Shown here piece after piece: positions 24,190 to 36,198 of a stretch of 64,000 nt of DNA. The translations under genes were made by a program, and so were the position numbers. The notes under the pieces were generated by a model. That model was not told where the DNA came from. It saw only the letters and a program-made list of their open reading frames with translations, and did no database searches. The stretch comes from Squalus acanthias (lineage: Eukaryota): positions 23,748,001 through 23,812,000 of the forward strand of contig CM059432.1 in NCBI GenBank assembly GCA_030390025.1, read 5' to 3'. How positions within the stretch are numbered: the stretch's first letter is position 1; the number at the start of each line of letters is the position of its first letter.

Positions 24190-25736
24190 TCAGGCGTTGC
24201 CCTTTTTTATTTGTTTGACCAGTTTTTCCATTTTCCTTGTCAGCCCCACTATGTCTTCCTCGTCGGAGGTGTCTGAGGAATCGTCTCTCTTATACTTCCT
24301 ACTCTTTCTCCTCTTCCTTTCTTCTCTTCCCCTCTCATCCTCCCAGTCTTGCATTCCCTTCTTGATCAGTTGCGCCACGTTTTCCTCGTTATTCTCTGAC
24401 CTTCCAATACTTGACCCCGGTTTTCCTCCCTGTCTAGGTCCCTGACCTTCCCTTCCTCCTCCTTTATTCCAACATTGTTGTTTCCTATGCCCTGGTTTTC
24501 CACAGTTATGACAGGAAGCCTTTTGCTGAGATGTCTGATTACCCCCCTTGTTCTGTTGCCTCGGGCAATCCCTTTCCATGTGGCCCTCCTGTCCGCAACT
24601 GAAGCATGCCGCCACACTTAATGCATCTTCATTGTCGCTATCCGTCCTTAGAGCAGCTATTTTAGGTTTGGCTTGTTCTTGGGCCTGATTATCTACTTCG
24701 CACGCCCACTGTATTAAATCATCCCAATTATTGTGGACCACTAGCCCCATTTTTATTGCATTCTGGTGCATTGGACTTAGTCCCTGTTTAAATGTTTGCA
24801 GAAAACAAGCGTTGTTTTTGTTTAAGGGGCCTGGGATCCCACAGTTACCCTCAAAGGCGGACCACTTTCGTTTTCCATAATCGATGGCGCTTTCTCCCTT
24901 TTTTTGTGTGATTCCACTTATAGCTGCCCAATTTACGGGGGCCTGTCCCATTGCTGCTTCCACAGCGGCCTTGAATTGGTCGAACTCAGTGTTTAATTGT
25001 TGGATTGTCTGTCCTGTATTTGCGGCCCACTGGCCATTTCCGTGGTTGCCCTGCACTAATCTCCACTGTTCCTCGGGACATTTAGCTCGTACCAATTGAT
25101 CGATATCTATACTATGTAGGGCATGGTTTATGCGTACTTCGCGCAGTTTGTGCCAGAATGTCTGATTATTCTGGCGGTGTTTTAAGGTTGGTAATTCGTT
25201 GAGGAGAATCACCCGATCCTGCAGGCTTAACGGTGTGTAGGTCATTGTTGCGGTGGCCGGCCTGCCCAGTACTGCCGGAACGGCCGGAATTCCCCCCGCC
25301 GCCGGAACTGCCGGGACCGCGGGGATTGCCGGCCTATAATGCAGTCTCACTGGTGCCATCGGAACAGGCTCCGGGGCCACCGACTGGTGTCCTGAATACG
25401 GGGGAGGACAGCCGGTCGGCCCTCCCAGGGCAGTTCCGGGTATACCTTTTCCCGGGAGTCACCCGGTTTTGGGGCGGTTGCAGCTACTGGATATGTCTTA
25501 AGGACTCCGTGCTGGAGCGTACATTCCCGATGGTAACGTGCCGCCACGATAATGTACGCTTTTTCCAATTTATTTTTGGTTTGTTTCATCCACCAGTCCC
25601 TTTGTGTGTCTAGTTTATCGTCCCGGTTCCACCCTGCCTTCCTCATTTTCTCAGTTAGTTTTTTATTCTTGTCATAAACATATCGTGTTACAGACTCTGG
25701 GTCTCCCCAGGGTTCCTTATCCTCTTTACTAGTCAT
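24190..25736 (-). pseudogene. gag: gag with one frameshift
   Basis: ATG at 25736; YPEL in the upstream frame, PPPY in the downstream frame (shift ~25410-25430); MHR-like ITQKKGESAIDY; two CCHC knuckles CFSCGQEGHMERDC and CHNCGKPGHRKQQC. Confidence 0.9.
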
Positions 25737-26301
25737 ATCCAAAGTTTTTGAGTACTCCTATATTTTATTCAATATTTTATACACCCTTGTCACGTGATCA
25801 CAATCCTGTGGTGCTTTGTAGTCCCTACGCCTACTTGATCCTGGCCGTCACGTGGGACTACGTCCTCTTAATTCAGGCTCAGGCTGGCTGTTTGAGACAG
25901 GCACCACCCTTGTCCGAGTTGATCACTCCGTGATTCTCAGTTCAACTTTATACTTTATTGACACAACGGATCTCCCTATACTTTAAGCAGTCACGCGCTT
26001 AGTCTACTTTTCGGCCAGAAGGACTCGTCCTTCATCCAGTGTTAAAACAACCCGTTTAACTACTTCTTAAGAGCCGCACCTCGTGGGCCTACCGGGTTTC
26101 TAAACCCTTGTTTTCCGGTTCCGCAGTCCGGCAGTTTTAACCGCCTTCAATTAAAGGTGTCTTTCTTTTTATAGTTCTTTTGTACGTCGATCTTACTTAA
26201 CGTCTTGCCAGCGATTCACCTCTAATTTTACAGGTGGTAATTTTAAACGTACTCACCCGTCTTAGGTTATCGCTGTCCGAGAGTTTTTGTTCAGATCGCG
26301 T

Positions 26302-26319
26302 ATCTCATCCTCGTCGCCA
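26302..26319 (-). promoter_or_regulatory. Primer binding site, tRNA-Ser(GCU)-like
   Basis: TGGCGACGAGGATGAGAT, 2 nt after the 5' LTR; 17/18 match to the recalled vertebrate tRNA-Ser(GCU) 3' end AUCCCAUCCUCGUCGCCA. Confidence 0.8.
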
Positions 26320-26321
26320 AT

Positions 26322-26777
26322 TGAAGTAAGCCCCCAAAGTGCGGACCAAGTGATATACAAGGTCGACACTACTGGCTTGTTGAAAGAAAGACAGACCAAG
26401 TAATTGAAGTCACAACGGTTTATTCAGGCCTGCGTAAGTCCAACTCCACCGAGCTAATCAAAGCACACATATTTATACAACATTTCTGCCTTACCCTTAC
26501 GGAGATTCAATTAATTTTAAAAGTTACACATTTACTCATTATCCGAGGGTGGCGGTTTATACAAAGATAACACATAATTTACACACAATGCTGTGCTAGC
26601 CCATGATGTGGTTTCCAGAACTGTGCTAGCCGTTTTCTGTTAATCTCATTATAGGCCTGCTTCTGTTAATCTCGTTATAGGCCTGCTTCTGTTAATCTCG
26701 TTATAGGCCTGCTTTTCTGCAAATGAGTCATGCCCGTCTTGCCCTTGTTATGTCCAATTTTTTAATATCTTACTTCA
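26322..26777 (-). repeat. Proviral 5' LTR (456 bp)
   Basis: 9-bp terminal IR; three 26-bp U3 repeats; TATAAA ~26473-26478; AATAAA ~26419-26424. Confidence 0.95.
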
Positions 26778-27009
26778 GCTCCAAACTCTCGCTCTCTCCT
26801 GGGCTCTCGCTCACCTTTAGTAGCTCCGAACTCTCGCGCTCTCCTGGGCTCCCGCTGTTTTAGTAGCTCCGAACTCTCGCACTCTCCTGGGCTCCCGCTG
26901 TTTTAGTAGCTCCGAACTCTCGCTCTCTCCTGGGCTCTCGCTCACCTTTAGTAGCGCCGAACTCTCGCTCGCTCCTGGGCTCCCGCTCACCTTTAGTAGC
27001 TCCGAACTC
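26778..27009. repeat. 45-bp tandem array, right part (about 5 units)
   Basis: Same unit resumes in register after the TSD. Confidence 0.95.
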
Positions 27010-28564
27010 AAGAGAAAATTATTTTTCTATTATATTACAACTCCAATTTTCTGCCCTCCTATCCTGTGCTGGCCTGTCCCATCTGTCTTTTAAGGAAGTT
27101 GTAGGAGTGCTTATGATTTTTAGCCCGAATGATGGCTGCTTGTTGCTCCCTGCTTACCTAACTTGATTGAGTATATTTCACAGGCTCACGCCCAGCTTCA
27201 TAGATGCCATATTGCATGGAGTCTAAATGATCCACCCCCTCAGTCGCAAGAAAAATAGATCTGGTGCCAGTCAACCTGCTTAAATTGCACCTGCTAATGA
27301 GTCATGGAGCAGCCCCACTGCAGCTGTAAAGAAGTCAATTTGTGAGACTGTCCAACCTTTTAGCCTTCAGGTAGAAATGGCGGATATGGTGGGGGGGGTA
27401 GAAGGGAACAGAATTAGTAAACATTTTATTGGTTCCCACTCCTGACTGCTATTTAGGGGCCCTTACTGGAATGTGTCTGTCCATACGCACACTTATGGGG
27501 ACATTGTCAGGCTAAAATGTGATTCTCCCCATGACTGCATGTCCTGCTGACACACAGGGGCTGATCTTCCACTTTCGTGCCTTCAGTGTAAATAATTGTC
27601 TAGGTGGATTGCATAGAGGAAGATCAAATAGGGAGGGTCGCACACCCACAATAGGGCCTGCCCAATTTTCTGACCATTTAAATTGATCCTTGCTTGCCTG
27701 AATATCCTCTATAAGCTGCAACGAGGCGACTATTTACAGCCAAGTACAAAAGAGGAGAATCTACTCCACCGCGCCGCCCCACCCCGGACTTCCCTACTAT
27801 CTAGGATAATACATGAAGATTAATCACTTGGACGAGGTATGGGATGACGGCCAATGCAGTCAAACTGCACATCAGCACGAGCCAAGACCTTTAGGAGAGG
27901 GAGAGTGAAAACTAGCAGAGGGGGAAAAAAAGAAGAAAAAGCAAATTAAACCCTCTATAAAAATAGTGTAATCTTCTTTACTGTGTTTCACAAATTTTGC
28001 TTTATAGCAGCTAGACTGGCTTCTGAAGCTGTTGTTCAGATCAGAGACACAAGTGCTTTGAAGCTAGCCTGCAAAAAATGATTGTCACTTTGATCGCACA
28101 AATCAGGTCAAGAGACATGATTATTTCCTGCATGAATAATCAGGGAAGACATGTAAAAAGGAGATTTAGCAGACGTGATCAGATCTAATGCCTTACAGTA
28201 AGAATCATTCGAGTTAGCTTGTTCATTAAAAGTCTTAAATTACAGTGGCAAATCTACATTAAAAACCCCTTCTGCAGGAGCAGATAAATCATTATCCTCT
28301 TGTATTTTTAGATCACAACCTTTACTGAGCTTTTATTCAAATAATATAAATGTATCCGTGCCCAGTTTCCCATTTATATTCTAGTGCAGCATTACTCGTG
28401 TTTTATAAGGATAGGAGCACTAAGCCGTAAAAAGTACAATGTATTATTTTCCTGCTAATTTTAACTTGGTTTGTCCCCTTAAGGCCACACAGATCACAAG
28501 CATTCCTGGCACTGTCATCCCGTAAAACATGTATATAGTGGTAGTCTGATGTCCCACTCATACC

Positions 28565-29525
28565 AACTGTCTGTGGTTGTTGGAGGTCAATCATCTCAAC
28601 CCAGGACATTGCTGCAAGAGTTCCTCAGGGCAGTGTCCAAGGCCCAACCCTCTTCAGCTGCTTCATCAATGCATCATAAGGTCAGAAGTGGGATGTTCGC
28701 TGATGACTGCATAGGGTTCACGTTCATTCGCAAATCCTCAGATAATGAAGCAGTCCATGCCCGCATGCAGCAAGAGCTGGACGACGTTCAGGCTTGGGCT
28801 GATAAGTGGCAAGTAACATTTGCGCCACACAAGTGCCAGGCAATGATTATCTCCAACAAGCGAAAGTTGAACCACTGCCCCTTGACATTCAACGACATAA
28901 CTGGACGAGCCACATAAATACTGTGGCTACAAGAGCAGGTCAGAGGCTAGGTATTCTGCGGTGAATGTCTCACCTCCTGACTCCCCAAAGCATTTCCACC
29001 ATACACAAGGCACAAGTCAGGAGTGTGATTGAATACTCTCCACTTGCCTGGATGAGTGCAGCTCCAACAACACTCAAGAAGCTCGACACCATCCAGGACA
29101 AAGCAGCCGCTTGATTTGCACCCCATCCACCACCTTAAACATTCACTCCCTCCACCACCGGCGTACTGTGGCTGCAGTGTGTACCATCTACAAGATGCAC
29201 TGCAGCAACTTGCCAAGGCTTCTTTGACAGCACCTCCCAAACCCACGACCTCCACCACCAAGAAGGACTAGGGCAGTAGGCACATGGGAACACCATCACC
29301 TGCAAGTTCCCCTCCACCATCCTGACGTGGAGATATATTGCTGTTCCTTCATCGTTGACGGGTCAAAATCCTGGAACTCCCTCCCTAACAGTACTATGGT
29401 AGTACCTTCACCGCACGGACTGCAGCCGTTCAAAAAGGCGGCTCACCACCACCTTCTCAAAGGCAATTAGGGATGGGCAATAAATGCTGGCTTTGCCAGC
29501 GACGCCCATATCCCAGGAACAAATA
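28565..29525 (+). mobile_element. LINE family B, 5'-truncated
   Basis: MFADDC, WADKWQVTFAPHKC; 3' end GGGCAATAAATGCTGGCTTTGCCAGC. Confidence 0.85.
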
Positions 29526-29954
29526 AGAAAAGAATCAAACTTCTCTTACTTCACACAAGAATTAGTTTTAGGGAAAAAAATCCTGTCTAACAATACTTAG
29601 AGGCTGAACTCCTATTAAGGGTAAACTGCACACTTTTCTGGACTTTCACACTCACTGGCCTTTTGCAGCTCAAGATGAGTTAATCCTCTCCTGAATATCT
29701 TGCCTAAGGACATTCTCTTGAGTGTCATATCATTCCCACTGATTCAATTTTATTTTGTATCCACGGAAAATACCAGTGCAGGAATCTTAGTGCTACAACA
29801 TGGGTGCACCACATTGAATAGCTGCAAGGTTGTGTATCTCAGGAGTCAACCCTGTATTAAATCTGTATGGACTTGACAAAGGGAACTGTATCAGGTCTGG
29901 AAGTCAAGGATCCTGGCCACTAATTCATAGTCAGCACTGAGGAGGAATATAAAA

Positions 29955-30398
29955 AAGAAAAGGAAGAAAGACTTGCATTTATATAGCCCCTTTCACGACA
30001 TCCCAAAGTGCTTTACAGCCAATGAAGTACTTTTGAAGTGTAGCCACTGTTCTAATGTAGGAAACGGGATAGCCAGTTTGCGCACAGCAAGCTTCCACAA
30101 ACAGCAATGTGATAATCACCAGATGCTTTAGTGATGTTGAGTAAGGGATAAATATTGGCCAGGACACCAGGGAGAACTCCACTGCTCTTCTTCAAAATAG
30201 TGCCATGGGATCTTTTACGTCCACCTGAGAGAGCAAACGAGGTCTCGGCTTAATGCCTCATCCAAAAGACGGCAGCTCCGACAGCGCAGCACTCCCTCAG
30301 CACTGCACTGGAGTGTCAGACTAGATTTTTGTGCTCAAGTCTCTAGAGTGGGACTTGAAGCCACAACCTTCTGCCTCAGAGGCTAGAGTGTTACCCAC
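29955..30398 (-). mobile_element. DeuSINE (tRNA head, Deu domain, L2-like tail); head completed at 37106-37134
   Basis: Deu-domain-like GCCATGGGATCTTTTACGTCCACC...CTCATCCAAAAGACGGCA; tail copies at 3690-3840, 57478-57540, 57993-58222. Confidence 0.8.
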
Positions 30399-30495
30399 GT
30401 TTTTTTAATATATTATTTATTGAACATTAAAAACATTTACAGCATCGTAATCATTCCACTGTATCATACAAATCCATTCCGCCACTCTGCACAGC

Positions 30496-31342
30496 TGTAA
30501 CTTGCAAAAGCTCTTATAATAATTTGTCCGTGACTACACAAACCACTCTGGGTACAGGTATATTGTGTATCAGTAAAACAGGTTTATTAAGCATTAAACA
30601 TCCAGTACAAAGAAGTAATACTTAACAAGAAGATAGTCACAGTCTGTTCGTTCGAACCCCGGCGTTCCTTCCGAGTGACTGTGGCGCAGTCTCCTGATGT
30701 GTCTTGCTGTGTTCTGTTGACTGAAACTCGCTTCTCTGGGTTCTTGCTGTGTTCTGTTGACTGAAGCTTCTCAAACTCTGGTTACGTGGTGCGCTACTTT
30801 CGGTGTTCAAAACCTGTATCTTTATACCCTTTTTCCTCTCGTTTTGCCTACGTGGCAGTAATTAACCCTCTGACACCTGGTAAAAGTCTTGCTTCCCTTG
30901 TTAGCCATCTTATGACATTGTTAATCCCACTAGGTCTCTTTCTGTGCACAACAAAGTACCCTTATCTTAGATGTTCACTTTTCACAGAACAAAAGGTTTT
31001 CTAAACAGTCTATCTATCCTATAGCTGTACCAATGAAGGATGTCTCCAACTCCTATCTCTCTCTCTCTAGTTCTTGTCTCTTTAAACAAAATATTACCGA
31101 ATTCCTCGTCTTCGCCAGTCTCCATGTTGATCCAGCACAACATTCCATTACTTCAGTAATCTAAAACAGAGGTTTTTAGTCAGGTTGGCATAATTTCCCA
31201 TCCTGCTTTGCTCTGAGCCATTCGCCATTTTATACAAGCTTTTAGGTTTTTAACATACAATTTCACATATTATAGTTATATAAAAATGGTTATAGAATCT
31301 TAATAATGTTTACTAAATCATATAGATACGCCCTATCCTACA
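30496..31342 (-). mobile_element. Solo LTR (847 bp) in the Tx1 3' UTR
   Basis: TGTA...TACA termini, 4-bp TSD CAGC; minus-strand TATAAA (~30821) upstream of AATAAA (~30583). Confidence 0.7.
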
Positions 31343-34300
31343 CAGCCATTCCACCAACACATATTAACATCAAACCCTGAAGTTTAATTTGTCTCCTGTA
31401 ACATATATTAATCTATTGTACTTTAAAAATTGATCATAAAATACTATCTTTAAATTCCTTTCTGAATAAAACATCCACAGAGCCTTATAATGATCTTTTA
31501 GCTTAAATTTAAAATACTCTTTTAGATTTATTCTCCTCCCATTAAAAAATCAGTGCATTCCTTCTTTGCACAATCACGAATCTAGCCAAACTGAACATTA
31601 AATTAATTGCCGCTCCGCTAGACTCGGCGAGACTCTCCTGCAATCCCCATCTCACAATTGAGTCACACGGGATTCCCATTCTAGCTGTTTGGTCCTCACC
31701 CAGCAAAATAACTCACACAGCTGTCGAACATAGTACTTAAAATCCTTTAACTGCGGACATAACACCAGTAAATGGGACAGAGTCTCATCCCGTGTCCCAC
31801 ACACTGGGCAAGTTGCCCGCTCCACTCGCCCAATCTTCCATAAGACCGTCATGGTAAAAATCCGGTTATGAGCCAATTTGAAATCCAGTTCAATCCACTC
31901 TGGACATTTAAAATTTATCCACACCCCCTTCCAAATCCTGTTGAAGTCCAGCTGTGGGTATATACTCTGCCAAAACTCCTGACCAGCAGGTGTCTTGAAT
32001 CTCCATTCGTTAAATACCCCATAGAAATCTCGAGTATTACAGTTGTCAAATTGGACCAACTTCTCCCCGTTCTCCAGCAGAAAGCTTGGAAAAGCGGGAT
32101 GCATTTTACTTCCTTTGGAGATTTGCGCATTTATTTTTTCCATCCAATCCTGTGGCATTGCCCTCACAATCTTCTCATACATGATCCTATTGCTTTTTCC
32201 TCTACCTCCTGATCCTCCTCCCAAACCATGTCCCTCACTACCGCTTCTGGCAACCAACCTGGAATTACCTCATATAATACTCATTTTTCACATATATACC
32301 AGCTTTTATAAAAGCTTGATTAAATAATACCTCTCCTTCGATGTTGGCCCACCTGTTCAAAAATAAGGGCTGTTCTAAAAGTTCCTCAGCCCCCTTGTGC
32401 ATAAACTGCACACTTTTTAAAAATTGGGCCTTGTCTCTACAACGCCCTTATAAAACCAAGGGAGAGGTTTAATCAATTTCAAAAACATATTATTGTATTA
32501 CATATAAAATATCCCCTGCCCTCTTATCCCATTTCATTTAAAAATGCTCAAAACAACTCTTCTAAAAACTGTATTTGACTTCTGAAGAAATCTCTTCACC
32601 CATTTGATTCTAAAGGATGTTTTCTTCAAATCAATATCTGGGAAATTGAGTCCTCCCTGATTTCTCCGTCCAATGATGGTATTGTAAGCAACCAAGGCTG
32701 ATTTCCCTTCCCATAAAAACCTCACACAAGCCTCTCAGATGGACTTTTCCACCCACTCAGGAATATCCTCCACCGTCAATAAGTACCATAGTTTAGAAAG
32801 CAGGAGAGCGGACACCACTGTCGCTCTTCCTTGCACTTTCAACCACCTTCTTTCCCATCTTCCCAAAATCTTTTTAGTTTTCAGAATCTTCGATTCCCAA
32901 TTTAATCGATCCACTTCATCCCTGTCATTCTTGCACCCCATATGCACTCCCAGAACTTCCAAAACCTCCACCACCTTAAAGGGGCTTTCCTCCAACCATT
33001 CCCCCCTACCCCTTCCTGCAACCAGGCATTGGTACGTACTATAATACACTCTGGCTCCTGAAGCTCTGTAATACTCCTCCACTCCTCCCATAGCTTTTTT
33101 CACTGACTCCCCATCTCTCAAAGTTAGTGTTGTGTCATCTGCATATTGGTGCATCACTGGGAACCGCAATCCCGACTACGCCTTGTTCCTTTCGCATCAT
33201 GTAACCTAATGGTTCTGCTACGAAAGTGTACAACAATGGGGACAGGGGACAACCCTGTCTCACCAACCTCTGCATCGGAAAATACTTGGATAAAAAACCA
33301 TTACATTTAACACTGCAAAATATGTTTGAATAAAAAATCCTTATCCACTCAATGAAATTTTTGCTGAAACCAAATGCTTCCAAAACCATCAATAAAAACT
33401 CATGAGAGACCCTATCAAAGGCTTCCTCTTGATCTATCTTTAACACATAAATCTCCCTCCCACTCTCTTCCATGAGCTCTATCGCATTTTGGATTGAGAC
33501 CACAGAGTCTGCGATGTCCTGGCCTATGACTCAATAGGACTGAGAGGGCAAAACTATCTGCGGCATCACCTCCTTCATACGATTTGCCATAACCCTCGCC
33601 AAGATCTTATAATCCACATTTAATAATGTGATGGGTCTCCAATTCTTTAGATCCCTTCTATCCCCTTTATTTTTATAAGCTAAGCTTATGATACCTCTCC
33701 TCATAGATGGGGCCAGGTTTCCCTCAATTTTAATCTCTTTAAAAACCTCTAAGAGCAATGGACTTAAAATCTCTAAAAATCCTTTGTAAAATTCTGCACT
33801 TAGTCCATCAGACCCTGGGCTTTTCCCCCCCTTCATTCCACTAATTGCTACTTTTATTTGTGCTAATCCTACTTTGTCACACATGCTTCTCTCATCCTCC
33901 TTAAACTCTCTTCGATAAAAGCATTAACCTTTTCCATCGCCAATTTGAAAATGTCTTCCTTTGTATATAACTCTTGATAAAAGCTACTTTGGCCGCCTCC
34001 AAAATCTCCCCACTTTCATTAATGATCTTCTCCCCAACCTTCAACTCTCCAATTAATGATAATCTCTGTCGCAGCTTCGCTTGCTCTAGAAAATATCTAG
34101 TGCATCTTTCTCCCTCCAATGCATCTTTAGCCTTTGCATGGAGAATGGCCCCTTGCATTTTTCAGCTTGCAATAATTCCCACTCTTCCTTTAAAACCACC
34201 CACTTAGTCTCTGCTCCGTTATCCCCTCCATCAACTGTTTTACAGATATCCGTAAACCTTCTGTTTATATTCTCTTCTCGACGCCGGTTAGCTGCTGCTC

Positions 34301-36198
34301 TCTCTTTCCCATAACATACCTCATATTTGAAATTGTCCCACCAAACTCTTCTTTCTTTCAAGAATAAAGGTTCCTTCCGAGCATTCTTTATTATATTTAA
34401 AATCCCTTCTTTATGAGCAATTTCTTTCAGGTATTGATTGTTTATGGGGTTCCGATCCCTCCATAAGTCTCTCAAATTTAAATTTGCTATCATTTTTATA
34501 ATCAACCCTCTGGAGTTATCATCCTTAAAGGTCATCTGGGCTGAAATGTTCATCCGAGATTAATACATTAAAATCCCTCACTATACTTTAAGGGTTTTCC
34601 GCCTCTGCCACTTCAGTGAATAACCACCGAAAAACTCGCGACGCTTGCAATGGTCATTCGGTGCATAGATATTAAAGAGATCGCAATTAAATGCCTCCAT
34701 TTTTACCATTAGCCGTAAAAATCTCCCCTCAGTGTCCTTGTCCACCAAGGCAACGTTCTCTTTTATGGACGGACTCACCAAAACAGCCACCCCTCTACAG
34801 TTATTGTTTGCACAACTTGCAAACACCTCTCCCTTCCAAACCTTCCGAACTCTTTCTAGGATATCCTCATCCCAAAAGTTTTCTTGCAGACACAACAAGT
34901 CCGTGCCTTTAAAACATTGCAACAACTGCTGCAATTTCTTCTCACCCCTCAGTCCGTTCACATTAATCGAGACCCGTGTAATCATGGCTCCAAATAAGGG
35001 AAGTGTGCCTGATAATCCCCCCATCATTTAACCTCCGGCCCTTCCCTCCTCTCATGCTCCTTCCCAACTTTTTGGGCAGCTGTTGCTTTCTCCTACAGCC
35101 TCCGGCTCTTTTTCACTTCCTGTTTGAACCTTCCCTGCAGTTTCAGCCTCTTCCTTAGATTCGGTTTGGGCCGAGGAGCTGCTCCTTCTGCCCCTCACTA
35201 ACCTTTCCCTTTCCACGCGATGCCACCCCACCCCCGACTTCCATGTCTCTGTCCCCCTCTGACTCCTCATGCTCGAGCTCTTCTGTAACTTCCCATCCCC
35301 GTCAGATACATAATCTCCCTTAGAGAGTCTTCCTGCGATCATGGTTTCTCCAACAGTGCCACTCCCTTCAGCCTCATCTCCACCGCTGACCCTTGCTCCC
35401 CATTTCTTCTCTCTCTGGGACAATGGCACATCTGCACCTATCTTGCTCCCTTCTGGCATCTTTGTCTCCCCGCTCCCGGCCTGCTGCCCTTTTAAGGCTC
35501 CTGCCTCTTGCACCCTCTCCTTGTCTTGCCCCCTCCTGCTCGTCTTTCTTTGGAGTACTTACATTTACCACGCACCCCGCTCCCACCTCCTCTCCCCCCG
35601 TGGACACCAGATTCTTTAGGGAGAGCCGAGCCGTATTGTGGCTCGACTCTGTCCTTGACCTGTGCCGCCCTCTGCTGTGTTTGTCCTTTTCCACTGTACT
35701 TGGTGTGTTTTCCACCATCTCCATCCTGTTCTCTGCTCCACAATTTTCTGCCTCTTCCTGCGCTCTTTTCTCCTTCCATTCACCAGCTGTGTCCTCCGCC
35801 TGCTCAGCACCTCTGGCCACTCCATTCACACACTCCTCGTCACTCAAGGGGCTTCCTTCTGCCTCAAACTCACAGCGGGTGGGACCTTTGTGACACACCC
35901 CACAGCTCTCCGCCTTGCAGCTCTGAGCAATGTTTCCAGTTATAAAAGTACAAGTCTGGACAGCTTCTTACAAGATGGTCATATCCAAGGCAATAATAAC
36001 AAACCTTCCCCTGATTATCATGCAGTACCCGGAAGTACTGTACTCCTTCCATTGTCTCGAATTTCATGGTATACGGCAATGACTTCACCCCCTCTGGGAA
36101 CCACACCTTTACATAACGGATTCCATCTGCTACCCGCGTTTCTGGATAGTATCTCCTCTTATTGCCAAGTAAATTTTAATGTCCCACGACTCCAACTT

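Larger units (their letters stand above)
20187..26777 (-). mobile_element. Endogenous retrovirus, SnRV-like pol with gamma-type env, internally deleted
   Basis: Paired LTRs with TGAAGTAAG...CTTACTTCA termini, 5-bp TSD GCTCC (20182-20186, 26778-26782), PBS, gag, pro-RT, env, PPT. Confidence 0.96.
14709..27009 (-). mobile_element. Near full-length CR1 LINE, interrupted by the provirus in its 5' tandem array
   Basis: 3' tail (TTCTTATG)n at 14709-14727, ORF2, ORF1, 5' UTR, then 45-bp array. Body to ~18950 is secure; inclusion of the array is inferred from adjacency. No TSD seen. Confidence 0.85.

Noticed and set aside
24202..24208. A AAA AAG slippery heptamer before the gag stop
   Set aside because: The protease is in the same frame as gag, so a -1 shift would not reach it.
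23537..24445. 302-aa antisense ORF over pro-pol as an HBZ/ASP-like gene
   Set aside because: Non-ATG start, no recognisable motif, consistent with a shadow ORF; would need conservation across copies.
30340..30398. Genuine tRNA genes here and at 4880-4951
   Set aside because: A/B boxes are joined to SINE bodies and no clean cloverleaf is evident.
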